64,000 nucleotides of DNA, taken from Candidatus Micrarchaeia archaeon (GTDB lineage: Archaea; Micrarchaeota; Micrarchaeia; Micrarchaeales; CABMGC01). A program made the translations under genes and the position numbers. The stretch spans positions 32,001 through 96,000 of the forward strand of contig JBMFHL010000001.1 in the NCBI GenBank assembly GCA_049976845.1, given 5' to 3'. Positions 17,395 to 27,069 of the stretch are shown here, in pieces. Position 1 is the stretch's first letter; every line of letters begins with the position of its first letter. A model generated the notes under the pieces. The model was not told where the DNA came from. It saw nothing but the letters and a program-made list of their open reading frames with translations, and did no database searches.

Positions 17395-19788
17395 ATGGAA
17401 AAAACAGAGCCAGTCCAATTGGATGAAGAATTGCAATCAAGCTATATTGACTATGCCATGAGTGTTATAATAGGCAGAGCCATACCTGATGCCCGAGACG
17501 GTCTCAAGCCTGCGCAAAGAAGAATACTTTATGCAATGTATAGCATAAACAATTTGCATGACCAGCCTACTAAAAAGAGTGCAAGAATAGTTGGAGAAGT
17601 AATAGGTAAATATCATCCACATGGGGACGTCGCAGTTTATGATACTTTAGTAAGGATGGCTCAAGACTTTTCAATGAACCACGTGATGGTTGAAGGGCAG
17701 GGAAATTTTGGTTCAATAGACGGAGATCCACCTGCAGCAATGAGATATACCGAGGTGCGTCTCACTAGCATTGCAGAAGAATCATTAAACGATTTGGATA
17801 AGAACACTGTGGAATTTGTATCAAACTTCGACAACACCGAAAAAGAGCCCATAGTATTGCCATCAAAAATACCAAATCTTTTGATAAATGGTGCATCCGG
17901 GATTGCCGTGGGTGTAGCAACAAGCATACCCCCGCATAACCTGAGCGAAGTATGTGATGCAATAATACAGGTATTAGATAAGGATACAACAATAGAAGAT
18001 ATACTAGAAATAATAAAAGGCCCTGATTTTCCTACAGGCGGCATAGCAATAATGTCTGGAAATGCCTATAATGGGTATAAGTACGGCAAAGGGCAGATTA
18101 CTGTAAAAGCAAAGGCAGAGATAAAAGAAAAAGAGAGAAAAATAATAGTAACAGAAATACCTTATAATGTCAACAAAGCCATGCTCATACAAAATATAGC
18201 AGAGCTCGTAAGAGACAAAAAAATAAATGGCATAACTGACATAAAAGATGAGAGTGACAAAGAAGGAATAAGGATAGTAATAGAGTTTAGAAACGGAGAA
18301 AACGGCGAGAGTCTTTTGAACTCGTTATATAAGCACACGCAACTTGAAATAACATTCCCTATAATAAATCTCGCAATAGTTGGAAAGGAATTAAAGAATT
18401 TTAACATATTGCAGTTGATAAATACTTTCATCGAGCACAGAAGGGAAATAATAAAGAAAAGAAGCGAGTTTGAACTTAATAAGTCAAAAGACCGTGTTCA
18501 CATATTAGAAGGCCTTCTAACAGCAATCAATAGCATAAATGAAATAGTAAAGCTAATAAAGGAAAGCGCTTCAGTAAGCGATGCAAAAGAGAGGTTGGTG
18601 AAAGCATACAATTTAAGTGAAAAGCAGGCATCTGCCATTTTAGAGATGAAGCTTAGCAGATTAACCCATCTTGAGTCAGACTCTATAAACAAGGAGAGAG
18701 CAGAGCTTGCAGGCAAAATAGATTATTACAATTCACTATTGTCAGATCCAAAGAAAATAGATTCAGTAATTAAGAACGAAATCAAAGAAATAAAAGAAAA
18801 ATATGGCAGGAAGAGAAGAACGGAAATAATTAAAATGGAAGAGGAAATAACGCTGAAGGAAGAAGATCTAATAAGCAATGAAAAAGTGACGGTCATATAC
18901 ACAAATTCCGGATATATAAAAAGACTTGGCATAGAAAGCTACAAAGAACAAGCAAGAGGGGGCAAGGGAGTAATAGCAATAAACCTTAAGGAGGGAGACT
19001 ATGCAAAGCAAATAATCACCTGCTACACTAAAGATTACCTGCTATGTATATCAGATAAGGGAAGAGCGTACTGGCTTAAGGTATACAGAATACCAGAAGG
19101 GAAGCGGTATTCAGAAGGCAAGAGTATAGTAAATTTGCTTAACTTAAAAGACGAGAAAATAGTTATAATAATGGTACTGAATGACATAGAACGATCAAGC
19201 ATATCTTTGCTAACAAAAAGCGGATTAGTAAAGAAAATGAATGCACGTCTATTCTCCAAGCCTAGGTCAAGCGGCGTTACCGCAATCGCCTTAAGGGAAG
19301 GCGACGCAATAATCGATGCAATAACTTATACAAATGAAAAGTATATCTTCATAACAACAAAGAAAGGCAAAGCAATCAAATTCGAAGATTCGAAAATAAG
19401 GTTTACTGGAAGATCTTCAATGGGTGTGCGTGGCATAAGGCTATCAAACAATGACGAAGCAAAAAACATAATAGCAGCAGGAGATGTTGGCTATATACTT
19501 ACTGTTACTGAAAATGGCTATGGCAAATTGACAGAAGTGCTTAATTACAGGCTGCAAAATAGGGGCGGCGGCGGCGTCCTAAATATCAGAATATCGGAAA
19601 AAACAGGTTATGTAGCAAAATCCTTATTCTTGAGTGGCGAAGCAAATATAATATTAATAAATTCCTCTGGCATAACGATTTCATTCAATGCAAGTAGTAT
19701 AAGGATTACAGGGAGAAATGCAAGTGGGGTAAGATTAATGAGAGTCGAAGAAGGGATGAAAGTAGTAGATGCAAAGATAATGCAATAA
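17395..19788 (+). CDS. gyrA: DNA gyrase subunit A
   Basis: YAMSVI, DGLKP.QRR, YHPHGD, AAMRYTE catalytic Tyr, GyrA-box QARGGKG, beta-pinwheel C-terminal repeats. Confidence 0.96.
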   Translation: MEKTEPVQLDEELQSSYIDYAMSVIIGRAIPDARDGLKPAQRRILYAMYSINNLHDQPTKKSARIVGEVIGKYHPHGDVAVYDTLVRMAQDFSMNHVMVEGQGNFGSIDGDPPAAMRYTEVRLTSIAEESLNDLDKNTVEFVSNFDNTEKEPIVLPSKIPNLLINGASGIAVGVATSIPPHNLSEVCDAIIQVLDKDTTIEDILEIIKGPDFPTGGIAIMSGNAYNGYKYGKGQITVKAKAEIKEKERKIIVTEIPYNVNKAMLIQNIAELVRDKKINGITDIKDESDKEGIRIVIEFRNGENGESLLNSLYKHTQLEITFPIINLAIVGKELKNFNILQLINTFIEHRREIIKKRSEFELNKSKDRVHILEGLLTAINSINEIVKLIKESASVSDAKERLVKAYNLSEKQASAILEMKLSRLTHLESDSINKERAELAGKIDYYNSLLSDPKKIDSVIKNEIKEIKEKYGRKRRTEIIKMEEEITLKEEDLISNEKVTVIYTNSGYIKRLGIESYKEQARGGKGVIAINLKEGDYAKQIITCYTKDYLLCISDKGRAYWLKVYRIPEGKRYSEGKSIVNLLNLKDEKIVIIMVLNDIERSSISLLTKSGLVKKMNARLFSKPRSSGVTAIALREGDAIIDAITYTNEKYIFITTKKGKAIKFEDSKIRFTGRSSMGVRGIRLSNNDEAKNIIAAGDVGYILTVTENGYGKLTEVLNYRLQNRGGGGVLNIRISEKTGYVAKSLFLSGEANIILINSSGITISFNASSIRITGRNASGVRLMRVEEGMKVVDAKIMQ

Positions 19789-19789
19789 A

Positions 19790-22579
19790 CTATGTTTCCT
19801 TCCAAAACCTGCGATTTTTTATATAATTTTTTTGAGCCTCTATTAGATCTATGACAAAAAAATTATACTCTGTTCTGAGCATTTTCAGAACCCTTGCAGC
19901 AGTCCTGACCCCTATCCCATAGGTTGAAAGCGCAACCAGGGCTTTATCACCATACTCCTGTATAAGACCCGCAGAGCTTAATGCTTCAGAGTAAATCTCC
20001 TTCTCGTGCTTTTTCAGTTTTACACCTTTAGTAACTTTATCTATGACTTCCCTGTACTCTGGTTTGAATATAGAAATCATTGTACTCCTACAATTTGGGC
20101 ATGTGATGCCAGAACCCTCATTTAGTCCAGAAATCTTTCTTGAAAAGTTGAAACCACAAAACGTGCAGAGTAGATCAACACTCTTACTCTTCATTCCTTC
20201 AACAAACTGTCTTACTTCCTCGCTTCCAGGCAATAAAGGAAGCATCAGCTCTCTGTAATGGTATGATGATTTCAAGACCTCATTAGACATTGGGCTTAAT
20301 TCTGGGAAAGAAAATAGCGCAAAATCTATAGTGCCCTCTTTTAGCCGTTTTGAAAAATCAAGGACATGTTCAAGATCATAATAATTTTTATATAGGTCTC
20401 TCAAAGTCTCATCGAAAACAGGCGTGCCTTTATAGAAGTCGATTAACCTATTTGCAATATTCTTAGTAACAGTTGCTTTCTTTTCAATAATCCCGAAAAG
20501 TTTTGCTATTTGTATGAATTTGTACCTGAATAACTCGGAAGAGTATATAAGTGAATTACTCTTCAAAATCCCTTCAAAATTCTGTTCCTTAAGTAAGGAT
20601 AGGATCCTCTTTGTATTGGGCTTATGCCGTGCAGCACTCACATCAACAACAACAGCATATGCCATTGCCCGTGTGCTTACTCCAAAGCCTACTTCTGAAG
20701 TAAATATGGCTCCGATGATCCTAGAAAGCAGTTCATTCGCCAACTTTCCTAAAGGAAGATAAATTATAACATAATCTCCAAATTCTTCAACAGCAATTTC
20801 GTTTTCCTTAGGAATAAAGTACTTCTTTTGTTCAGCCATAAAATTATTTATCTTGTTTAAAGTTGCAGAATCTACAAAACTTTCTATTTCACTAACATCA
20901 TGTCCTGAAAGTAGTTTATATGTTGAATTAGCAACCTCATAAGAAACAGGGATGTCCTCCCCTTCCCAATCAGGTATTGCAGCTTCCAGATTGGTCGAAG
21001 GCTCTACAAATATTGTATCTTTTTCTATGCTAATTACATGCCATGGTAAACCTTTAGTTATAAAAATGGAGCCATCATCAATATAATTAGCGACAAAGTT
21101 TTCGTTTAATGAGGATATGATATTATTTCCTGTAGCGCTTCTTACAATGAATCTTGCAACATCAGGTATTACACTTATATTTTCTATAAAATATGAAATG
21201 CTCCTTCCACTTCTAAAAACAACTCCTTTATAAAATTTTATTAGGTGCAATTGATTTAGGAGATTAATTACCGATTTTAGAGTCTCTATTTTTAAATTTG
21301 CAAAAGGCTGAGACCGACTTATAATTTCAAATAGCTTCTCTTCTCTTATAGATTTGTACTCTAGTGCTATTGCAACGATCTGGTTTGCAAGCACGTCTAG
21401 CGGATTTTTTTCTATTCTCCTTTTTTCAAGCACCTTTTCGTAAGCAAGCTTAATTATTGCTGCAGATTCAATCGATTCGATGACGCTAGCCACAACAATA
21501 TCCCCAGAAGCCTTTCCATGTACGGCATGACCACTTCTGCCTACCCTCTGCAGCAATCTTGTAACTTGTTTTGGTGATCCATACTGTATAACTAAATCGA
21601 TTCCCCCTATGTCTATCCCCAGCTCAAGGGAGCTCGTTGCGATTATGCTCCTTACCCTTCCGTTTTTAAAATCCTCTTCAACTCTTATCCTCTCCATTTT
21701 GTCTAGAGAACTGTGATGCACTGCAATTGGTCCAAAATGTTCAGTTTTGTCCAAATACAAAAGTTTACTTCCTAAACTTTCAGCAACCTGCCTGGTATTT
21801 ACAAATACAATGCTCTCGTTTGCACCCTCTATTAATTCTTTTAACCTTTCCACCCTAGCCGCAGTCTCAACATCCAGTGCAAATACCTCCCTAAATTTTG
21901 CATAATCCTTTTTCATCACACTGGGCATCTCTAACCTCAGCTCAACTTTCTTCTCATTCTCATCAGAAATAATTTTACACAGCCTGTTCCCACATAAAAA
22001 AAGCGCAGCAGTGTTCATATCACCTATTGTAGCACTTATCCCTACTCTTTGGAAGTTGCCTGCAAGCTCTGCGATCCTCTCTAAAGCAACAGCAAGTTGG
22101 GCTCCACGCTTGTTATAATATAATTCATGCAATTCATCAACTATTACCACCTCCAAGTTTTTCAAAGAGTCCCTTAAATTTTTGGTGAATAACAAATTTT
22201 GAATGCTTTCAGGAGTGGTTATAAGCAGTTGTGGTGGCTTCTTAGATTGGTTAACCCTGTCTTTTTTTGGGGTATCTCCATGCCTCACTCCTATGCTAAT
22301 ACCAAGCGTTTTGCAAAACAATTCCAACCTTTTCAGCAAATCCCTGTTTAGCGCTCTAAGTGGCGTAACATAAATAGCATTTATGCCTTTTTTATTTTCA
22401 ACACTTATCCTCTTAAGTATGGGTAATATTGCAGCCTCTGTTTTTCCTGTTCCTGTAGACGCAGTTATTATGCAGTTCTCTCCCTTCTCCACTACTGGTA
22501 TTGCTTTCTTTTGTATGCTTGTAAACTCTCCGAATCTATCTAGAAAAATCCTATAAATATCTTCCGGCAAAGATACCAC
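19790..22579 (-). CDS. lhr: Lhr-family SF2 helicase
   Basis: TGTGKTEAA, PLRALNRD, TTPES, DELH, HHSSL, TSSLELGIDIG, QRVGRSGH, IPDWEGE; C-terminal CxxC...CxxC and HhH. Confidence 0.9.
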   Translation of the reverse strand: MVSLPEDIYRIFLDRFGEFTSIQKKAIPVVEKGENCIITASTGTGKTEAAILPILKRISVENKKGINAIYVTPLRALNRDLLKRLELFCKTLGISIGVRHGDTPKKDRVNQSKKPPQLLITTPESIQNLLFTKNLRDSLKNLEVVIVDELHELYYNKRGAQLAVALERIAELAGNFQRVGISATIGDMNTAALFLCGNRLCKIISDENEKKVELRLEMPSVMKKDYAKFREVFALDVETAARVERLKELIEGANESIVFVNTRQVAESLGSKLLYLDKTEHFGPIAVHHSSLDKMERIRVEEDFKNGRVRSIIATSSLELGIDIGGIDLVIQYGSPKQVTRLLQRVGRSGHAVHGKASGDIVVASVIESIESAAIIKLAYEKVLEKRRIEKNPLDVLANQIVAIALEYKSIREEKLFEIISRSQPFANLKIETLKSVINLLNQLHLIKFYKGVVFRSGRSISYFIENISVIPDVARFIVRSATGNNIISSLNENFVANYIDDGSIFITKGLPWHVISIEKDTIFVEPSTNLEAAIPDWEGEDIPVSYEVANSTYKLLSGHDVSEIESFVDSATLNKINNFMAEQKKYFIPKENEIAVEEFGDYVIIYLPLGKLANELLSRIIGAIFTSEVGFGVSTRAMAYAVVVDVSAARHKPNTKRILSLLKEQNFEGILKSNSLIYSSELFRYKFIQIAKLFGIIEKKATVTKNIANRLIDFYKGTPVFDETLRDLYKNYYDLEHVLDFSKRLKEGTIDFALFSFPELSPMSNEVLKSSYHYRELMLPLLPGSEEVRQFVEGMKSKSVDLLCTFCGFNFSRKISGLNEGSGITCPNCRSTMISIFKPEYREVIDKVTKGVKLKKHEKEIYSEALSSAGLIQEYGDKALVALSTYGIGVRTAARVLKMLRTEYNFFVIDLIEAQKNYIKNRRFWKET

Positions 22580-24226
22580 TCAGCTAAAGAAATTAACAGT
22601 AGCATTGCCTTTCGACAATGCCGTAACATTATTTGAGGTATAGTTTAGGATGATCTTCAAATTCAAATTGAATGGTAAACCAGAAATTATCTGGTTCATG
22701 CTGTAGCATTTGGCAGTAAGCAATGTATTGCTGCCCAAATTTACAAGGCTATCAATTTTTGTTGGCATGCCCGTACCATCTTCAGAGCACAAAACATTGT
22801 TTATTTTTACTGGGTAAAGTTTCTCATTCCCTAATCGGAATGTGATACTTCCACTAGCAAATGTTACGTTTGCGCATCCAAATCCTGCTATACTGCATTT
22901 GCTTGCAAATCCAGATTCAAAAGCAACAGACTTTCCAGAGAAATTGAGGAGCTTCAGCAGGTTTACATTTAATGGAACAGCTTCCAATACTAGCGATTCA
23001 TTGGTAAGGGCAAAGACGCTTAAATTATAAGGTGGTAAATACTCACTTGTCCTAACAAGGCCTACTGGCATAATCTTTCCATAGGTCTGGAACAGGTATG
23101 TGCTGCAATAGCTCTGGTTGTTTACACTGCTTATTATGCCATAGCACTTATTATCTCCAATATTCTCATTTATGCTTGGTGCAACAAATTCATTCCCATA
23201 TTCAAATATCTTTTCTGCCGAAAAACTTGCCGTTGGGAAGTAGTACGAGTCATAGCTCGCAAGAAGAGTAGAATTAGCCAAATCAAAATCTTCGAATTTA
23301 GAGGATTCTGTTGTAATTGGCATATAATTGCTGTTATTTGCTCCAATTAAGCCAATGCAGGAAGAAGGGCCCTTGTAGGCAACGCTCTTTATCCATCCAT
23401 CTGAGTACCAGCTGCAAAGGCTCACATTTTTTGCCAATTCTGCTACAGTCACATTAGTACCATTTGCTTCATATGTGCTAATGCTTGCATTTGTGCCGTT
23501 CAGTGCTATCTTTACAAGGTCTGGATTTAGGTACCCTCTTATCCACACTGAATATATCGAGCTGCCATTAGTATAATTAGCATAAGCAACATTAATTTGC
23601 CTTATGTATGGGCTTATCATTGTTATAAGCGAAGAGAAGAAAGTATATGGCAAGTTAATGTCTGTATAATCGAAAATCGGCAAAGAGTAATTCATGTTCA
23701 GGTAAAGCGCAACCAAACTTCCTTGCTGGCTCATGTTAATCTCAGTGAGGTATGTCAAGTTTCTTCCAGTTATTGGAGAATATGCCTCAGCAGGCTGCGG
23801 CGCATTCACATAAACATATTTGGTTGCCTGTGCATTGCTTCTATCTACAATGTTGTAGAATTTTGCTGGGTCTGCTATTGCCATAACAGAATAGTTTCCA
23901 GGCTCAGTAGGGGTGAAATTAAAATATATAATTGCTTCTTTGCCTGCAGGCACAGTAATCCGGTAGTTTGTACTTGAATTGTAAGTTAAATTTTCGCTGT
24001 TCTTTACCAAAACTTCAAATCCTATTTCATCTACATTGCTGCTGCCAGTATTGTTTATTATTATCGGCAAATCTACCTGCCTTAGCGGGAAGAGGTTCTG
24101 CAGATTCGAAGTGCCAAAGCTAACATGCAAGTCTATGCCTGGCTGGTAATAATACCTAAAATAAAGTGCTATTAAAACAATGAAAATGAAAAATACTACC
24201 AAAGCATAATCTATCTTTTCCATCAA
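22580..24226 (-). CDS. Membrane-anchored secreted glycoprotein with Ig/CARDB-like domain
   Basis: N-terminal TM; I.NTG...V...FTPTEPGNYSV.A.ADP; many NxS/T sequons; paired Cys. Confidence 0.6.
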   Translation of the reverse strand: MMEKIDYALVVFFIFIVLIALYFRYYYQPGIDLHVSFGTSNLQNLFPLRQVDLPIIINNTGSSNVDEIGFEVLVKNSENLTYNSSTNYRITVPAGKEAIIYFNFTPTEPGNYSVMAIADPAKFYNIVDRSNAQATKYVYVNAPQPAEAYSPITGRNLTYLTEINMSQQGSLVALYLNMNYSLPIFDYTDINLPYTFFSSLITMISPYIRQINVAYANYTNGSSIYSVWIRGYLNPDLVKIALNGTNASISTYEANGTNVTVAELAKNVSLCSWYSDGWIKSVAYKGPSSCIGLIGANNSNYMPITTESSKFEDFDLANSTLLASYDSYYFPTASFSAEKIFEYGNEFVAPSINENIGDNKCYGIISSVNNQSYCSTYLFQTYGKIMPVGLVRTSEYLPPYNLSVFALTNESLVLEAVPLNVNLLKLLNFSGKSVAFESGFASKCSIAGFGCANVTFASGSITFRLGNEKLYPVKINNVLCSEDGTGMPTKIDSLVNLGSNTLLTAKCYSMNQIISGLPFNLNLKIILNYTSNNVTALSKGNATVNFFS

Positions 24227-24227
24227 A

Positions 24228-24689
24228 TCACGCAGACCTATTCTTTAATTCGTTTATGATCTCCTTTATTTTATTTCTTACCTCTTTATATTCATCTTCG
24301 AATAAATTGTCAGCCCAAGAGGCTATGTCATATTTATCTCCTATGCTTGGTGCCTTGAAATAAAATTTCCCCTGGCTATTATCCAAAAAGCCCATGTTCT
24401 TCATCCTTAACAAATGGTACCTTAAGGTTTTTTCATTCATCTGCTGCCAGTTTGAATTTATATACGAAATAATTTCACCCACATTCGGATCTGTTTTTTT
24501 TACGAATTGATAGTAAACCAATGCATCTAACACTGCCACAGCACTCAATCTGGATTCCCCAGGGTTTATTATTCCAAGCGACAGCGCAAGCCACCTTACC
24601 ATAGAGCGTCTTGTTTCAACTACCTCTTTAGTGAGCCTAAGATTTCGTATAGTTATCTCCCGTTCTATTAGCTCCGCTTCGTTCAGCAT
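24228..24689 (-). CDS. Hypothetical winged-helix protein
   Basis: EI......EKTLRYHLLRMKNMGFL...GKFYF winged-helix pattern. Confidence 0.6.
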   Translation of the reverse strand: MLNEAELIEREITIRNLRLTKEVVETRRSMVRWLALSLGIINPGESRLSAVAVLDALVYYQFVKKTDPNVGEIISYINSNWQQMNEKTLRYHLLRMKNMGFLDNSQGKFYFKAPSIGDKYDIASWADNLFEDEYKEVRNKIKEIINELKNRSA

Positions 24690-24779
24690 TAAAAACCCTC
24701 ATTATAAATTAGAGTGTAATTATTAATATATATGTAAAGCAAGCAAACAAATAATAATCTATCAAAAATGCCCTTAGTA

Positions 24780-25023
24780 ATGCATGCATATATAGGCATT
24801 CCTGGGCACGTACTTTGAAAAACCTTCAAGTAGCATATATCATAGAGCGCAGGGCAGATTAAATTGGAACGACTATAAATACTCCAGCAGCGAACTCAAA
24901 GATGTGCTGCTTAATATATAGCAGAAAAAACCCAAAGAATTCCACGTTTCCTTTAATAATAATTACAATACGCTCGAAAATGATCGCAGTATGCTTAAGT
25001 ATGCAAAGAATAAAGATTATTAA
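24780..25023 (+). pseudogene. DUF72-family pseudogene (internal deletion, stops, frameshift)
   Basis: MHAYIGIPG (cf. YVGTSGW), then in another frame IYHRAQGRLNWNDYKYSSSELKDVLLNI*QKKPKEFHVSFNNNYNTLENDRSML (cf. Y.R.HGR..Y.Y...EL...YVFFNN...ENA). Confidence 0.6.
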
Positions 25024-25045
25024 AGTATAGTTCAAAAGTAATTTT

Positions 25046-25414
25046 ATGCCAGATTTTAAAGTATCAATAACCAGCACACCAGAAACTATGAAATCTTTTA
25101 GAAGAAATGAGTTAGAGCTAATGCTTTCAGTGACTTCAGAAGAAAACCAGCCCCCTTTTAATTATTGGGTCGAAGCAATAGTGACAGTTCCCCATCTTAC
25201 TTCGTTAGCTCCAGATAGACCACTGGAGAACGGCAAGCTCCTGTTGGGAATAATATCAAACGGATCTGCAAAAGAGAAAAGATTCAAGCTATTTGCAAAC
25301 AACAACATATATCCAGATACCTATAAGATTATGCTTACAATTTTATTCTACGACTCAGAAGGTGCAGTAGCAGAAAGGCAGGATGTAACAAAAGAGATAG
25401 TGTGCAGTGACTAA
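25046..25414 (+). CDS. Hypothetical beta-rich protein
   Basis: 122-aa ORF with upstream TATA-like ATTATTAAA; first gene of an apparent operon. Confidence 0.6.
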   Translation: MPDFKVSITSTPETMKSFRRNELELMLSVTSEENQPPFNYWVEAIVTVPHLTSLAPDRPLENGKLLLGIISNGSAKEKRFKLFANNNIYPDTYKIMLTILFYDSEGAVAERQDVTKEIVCSD

Positions 25415-25648
25415 ATGCCCAAATACTTCAAAGTCTACGATTCAAATGAAGTCCTCTTCATAACTATAGATGACAGTGGTGCAGTAATAATAAAAGACAA
25501 GGCTGGAAAGAAAATATTCCTCTCTAGATACCAGGCAAAACTAATGAGATTTAGCATAGATAACCTCTTCGGAGACAAATTCAAGAAATCTTCAGATTCT
25601 AACATACACATTGAGGAAATAAGCGAAGAAGATAGCAATAAAAAGTGA
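25415..25648 (+). CDS. Hypothetical protein
   Basis: 77-aa ORF abutting the previous stop codon. Confidence 0.55.
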   Translation: MPKYFKVYDSNEVLFITIDDSGAVIIKDKAGKKIFLSRYQAKLMRFSIDNLFGDKFKKSSDSNIHIEEISEEDSNKK

Positions 25649-25673
25649 AATTGCTATATTAATACTGATTTAT

Positions 25674-26042
25674 ATGGAAAATACTCCAAATCAACAGCAA
25701 AATGGTGAAATGCAAGGGCAAGAAATAGAGAAGATCATCAAAGAATATCAGCTCCTCCAAGAACAGCTGAGGGCATTCTCCCTGCAACTAGAGCAGCTGC
25801 AGCTACAAAAGAGCGAGTCTACAACAGCCCAAGCAGAGATAGAGAAAGCAACAGGCAAAATATACATAACAATTGGCGGAGTCATAGTAGAAACAGACAA
25901 ATCAACAGCATTGAAGAATCTAAAAGAGAAAATGGAAACTACAGACCTAAGGTTGCAGACTACAAGCAAACAGTTTAATGAGCTCAAAGCAAGGGAAAAA
26001 TCACTAAGAGAAAAGCTGTCAAAAATGCAGCTACAGCAATGA
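25674..26042 (+). CDS. pfdB: Prefoldin beta subunit
   Basis: Coiled coil - IYITIGGVIVE hairpin - coiled coil; followed by a DHH gene as in many archaea. Confidence 0.85.
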   Translation: MENTPNQQQNGEMQGQEIEKIIKEYQLLQEQLRAFSLQLEQLQLQKSESTTAQAEIEKATGKIYITIGGVIVETDKSTALKNLKEKMETTDLRLQTTSKQFNELKAREKSLREKLSKMQLQQ

Positions 26043-27037
26043 GTGATTCATTGACTGGGTTGAATTTTAATGATCTGCAAGAATTCATAAAGGCAAACAG
26101 CCAGAGGAAATTTTTGCTAACATTTCATTCAATAGGGGATAGAGACGGAGTAGGCTCAGCAATCTCACTTTCAATGTATCTTAAAAATTCAATAGTGGGC
26201 ACTCCAGATTTCATAACAAACAATGCAAGAAGGATGCTCGATCAAGTTGGCTATCAAAATAAGATAAATCCTGCATCTACAAAAGGTATAGATATAGTAA
26301 TAGTGCTCGATGCAAATAACTTGGAGGCGCTTGGCAATTTTAAGGAAGAGGTGCAGTCATTCAAAGGCAAAGTAGTGTTTGTTGATCACCATTTGCTTCC
26401 TCCAGTGCAAAATAAAAAGCATCTTATGTTCTCCGATGAGTCCTATAATTCAACAGCGAGCATAATATATGATCTGCTTAAATCCCTAGGTGCAGGTGTA
26501 AATAAAAAAGCAGCAATCCTTCTACTAAATGGAATAATATCAGATTCTGCAGATTTTAGGAATGCAACAGCGTATACCTTCAAACAGGTCAGTGAACTGC
26601 TTGATATAGCAAACATGTCATATTCAGACATATTAGAATATTTTCATGAGAGCATACCTCTTAACAGCAGATACAGCTTAATAAATGATTTATACTCTTC
26701 AAAAGTGGAAATAGTTGGGAAATATCTCTTAATCTATGGAAAAGCGTCAATGCATGCAAACGTTGCGGCAGACATAGCAATGAAGCTTGGCGCAGATGCC
26801 TCATTGTTTTGGTCCGAATCAGAAAAAGAGGTATCAATATCATCTAGGCTAAGGCCCCCTCTCGACAAGAAGCTGCCAATGCATTTAGGTAGGGTTATGC
26901 AAGGGGTGTCTAAAATTCTTGGAGGAAATGGCGGAGGGCATCCTTGTGCAGCAGGTGCATATGGGCCGAAAAAAGAAATGATAGGAAAGGCGGTTGAAGA
27001 AGCTCTGATTTCAATAAAAAAGCAGCTTTCTGCCTAA
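26039..27037 (+). CDS. DHH-family phosphoesterase (NrnA-like)
   Basis: H...D.DGVGSA, VLD, DHH, GIISDS, GGGHPCAAG. Confidence 0.88.
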   Translation: MSDSLTGLNFNDLQEFIKANSQRKFLLTFHSIGDRDGVGSAISLSMYLKNSIVGTPDFITNNARRMLDQVGYQNKINPASTKGIDIVIVLDANNLEALGNFKEEVQSFKGKVVFVDHHLLPPVQNKKHLMFSDESYNSTASIIYDLLKSLGAGVNKKAAILLLNGIISDSADFRNATAYTFKQVSELLDIANMSYSDILEYFHESIPLNSRYSLINDLYSSKVEIVGKYLLIYGKASMHANVAADIAMKLGADASLFWSESEKEVSISSRLRPPLDKKLPMHLGRVMQGVSKILGGNGGGHPCAAGAYGPKKEMIGKAVEEALISIKKQLSA

Positions 27038-27069
27038 AATTTTTATATTATGGTATGCAATAAATAATC

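Noticed and set aside
24919..24921. In-frame TAG as pyrrolysine or recoded stop
   Set aside because: The surrounding frame is decayed and deleted, and TAG ends normal genes in this window (e.g. rpoP, mre11).
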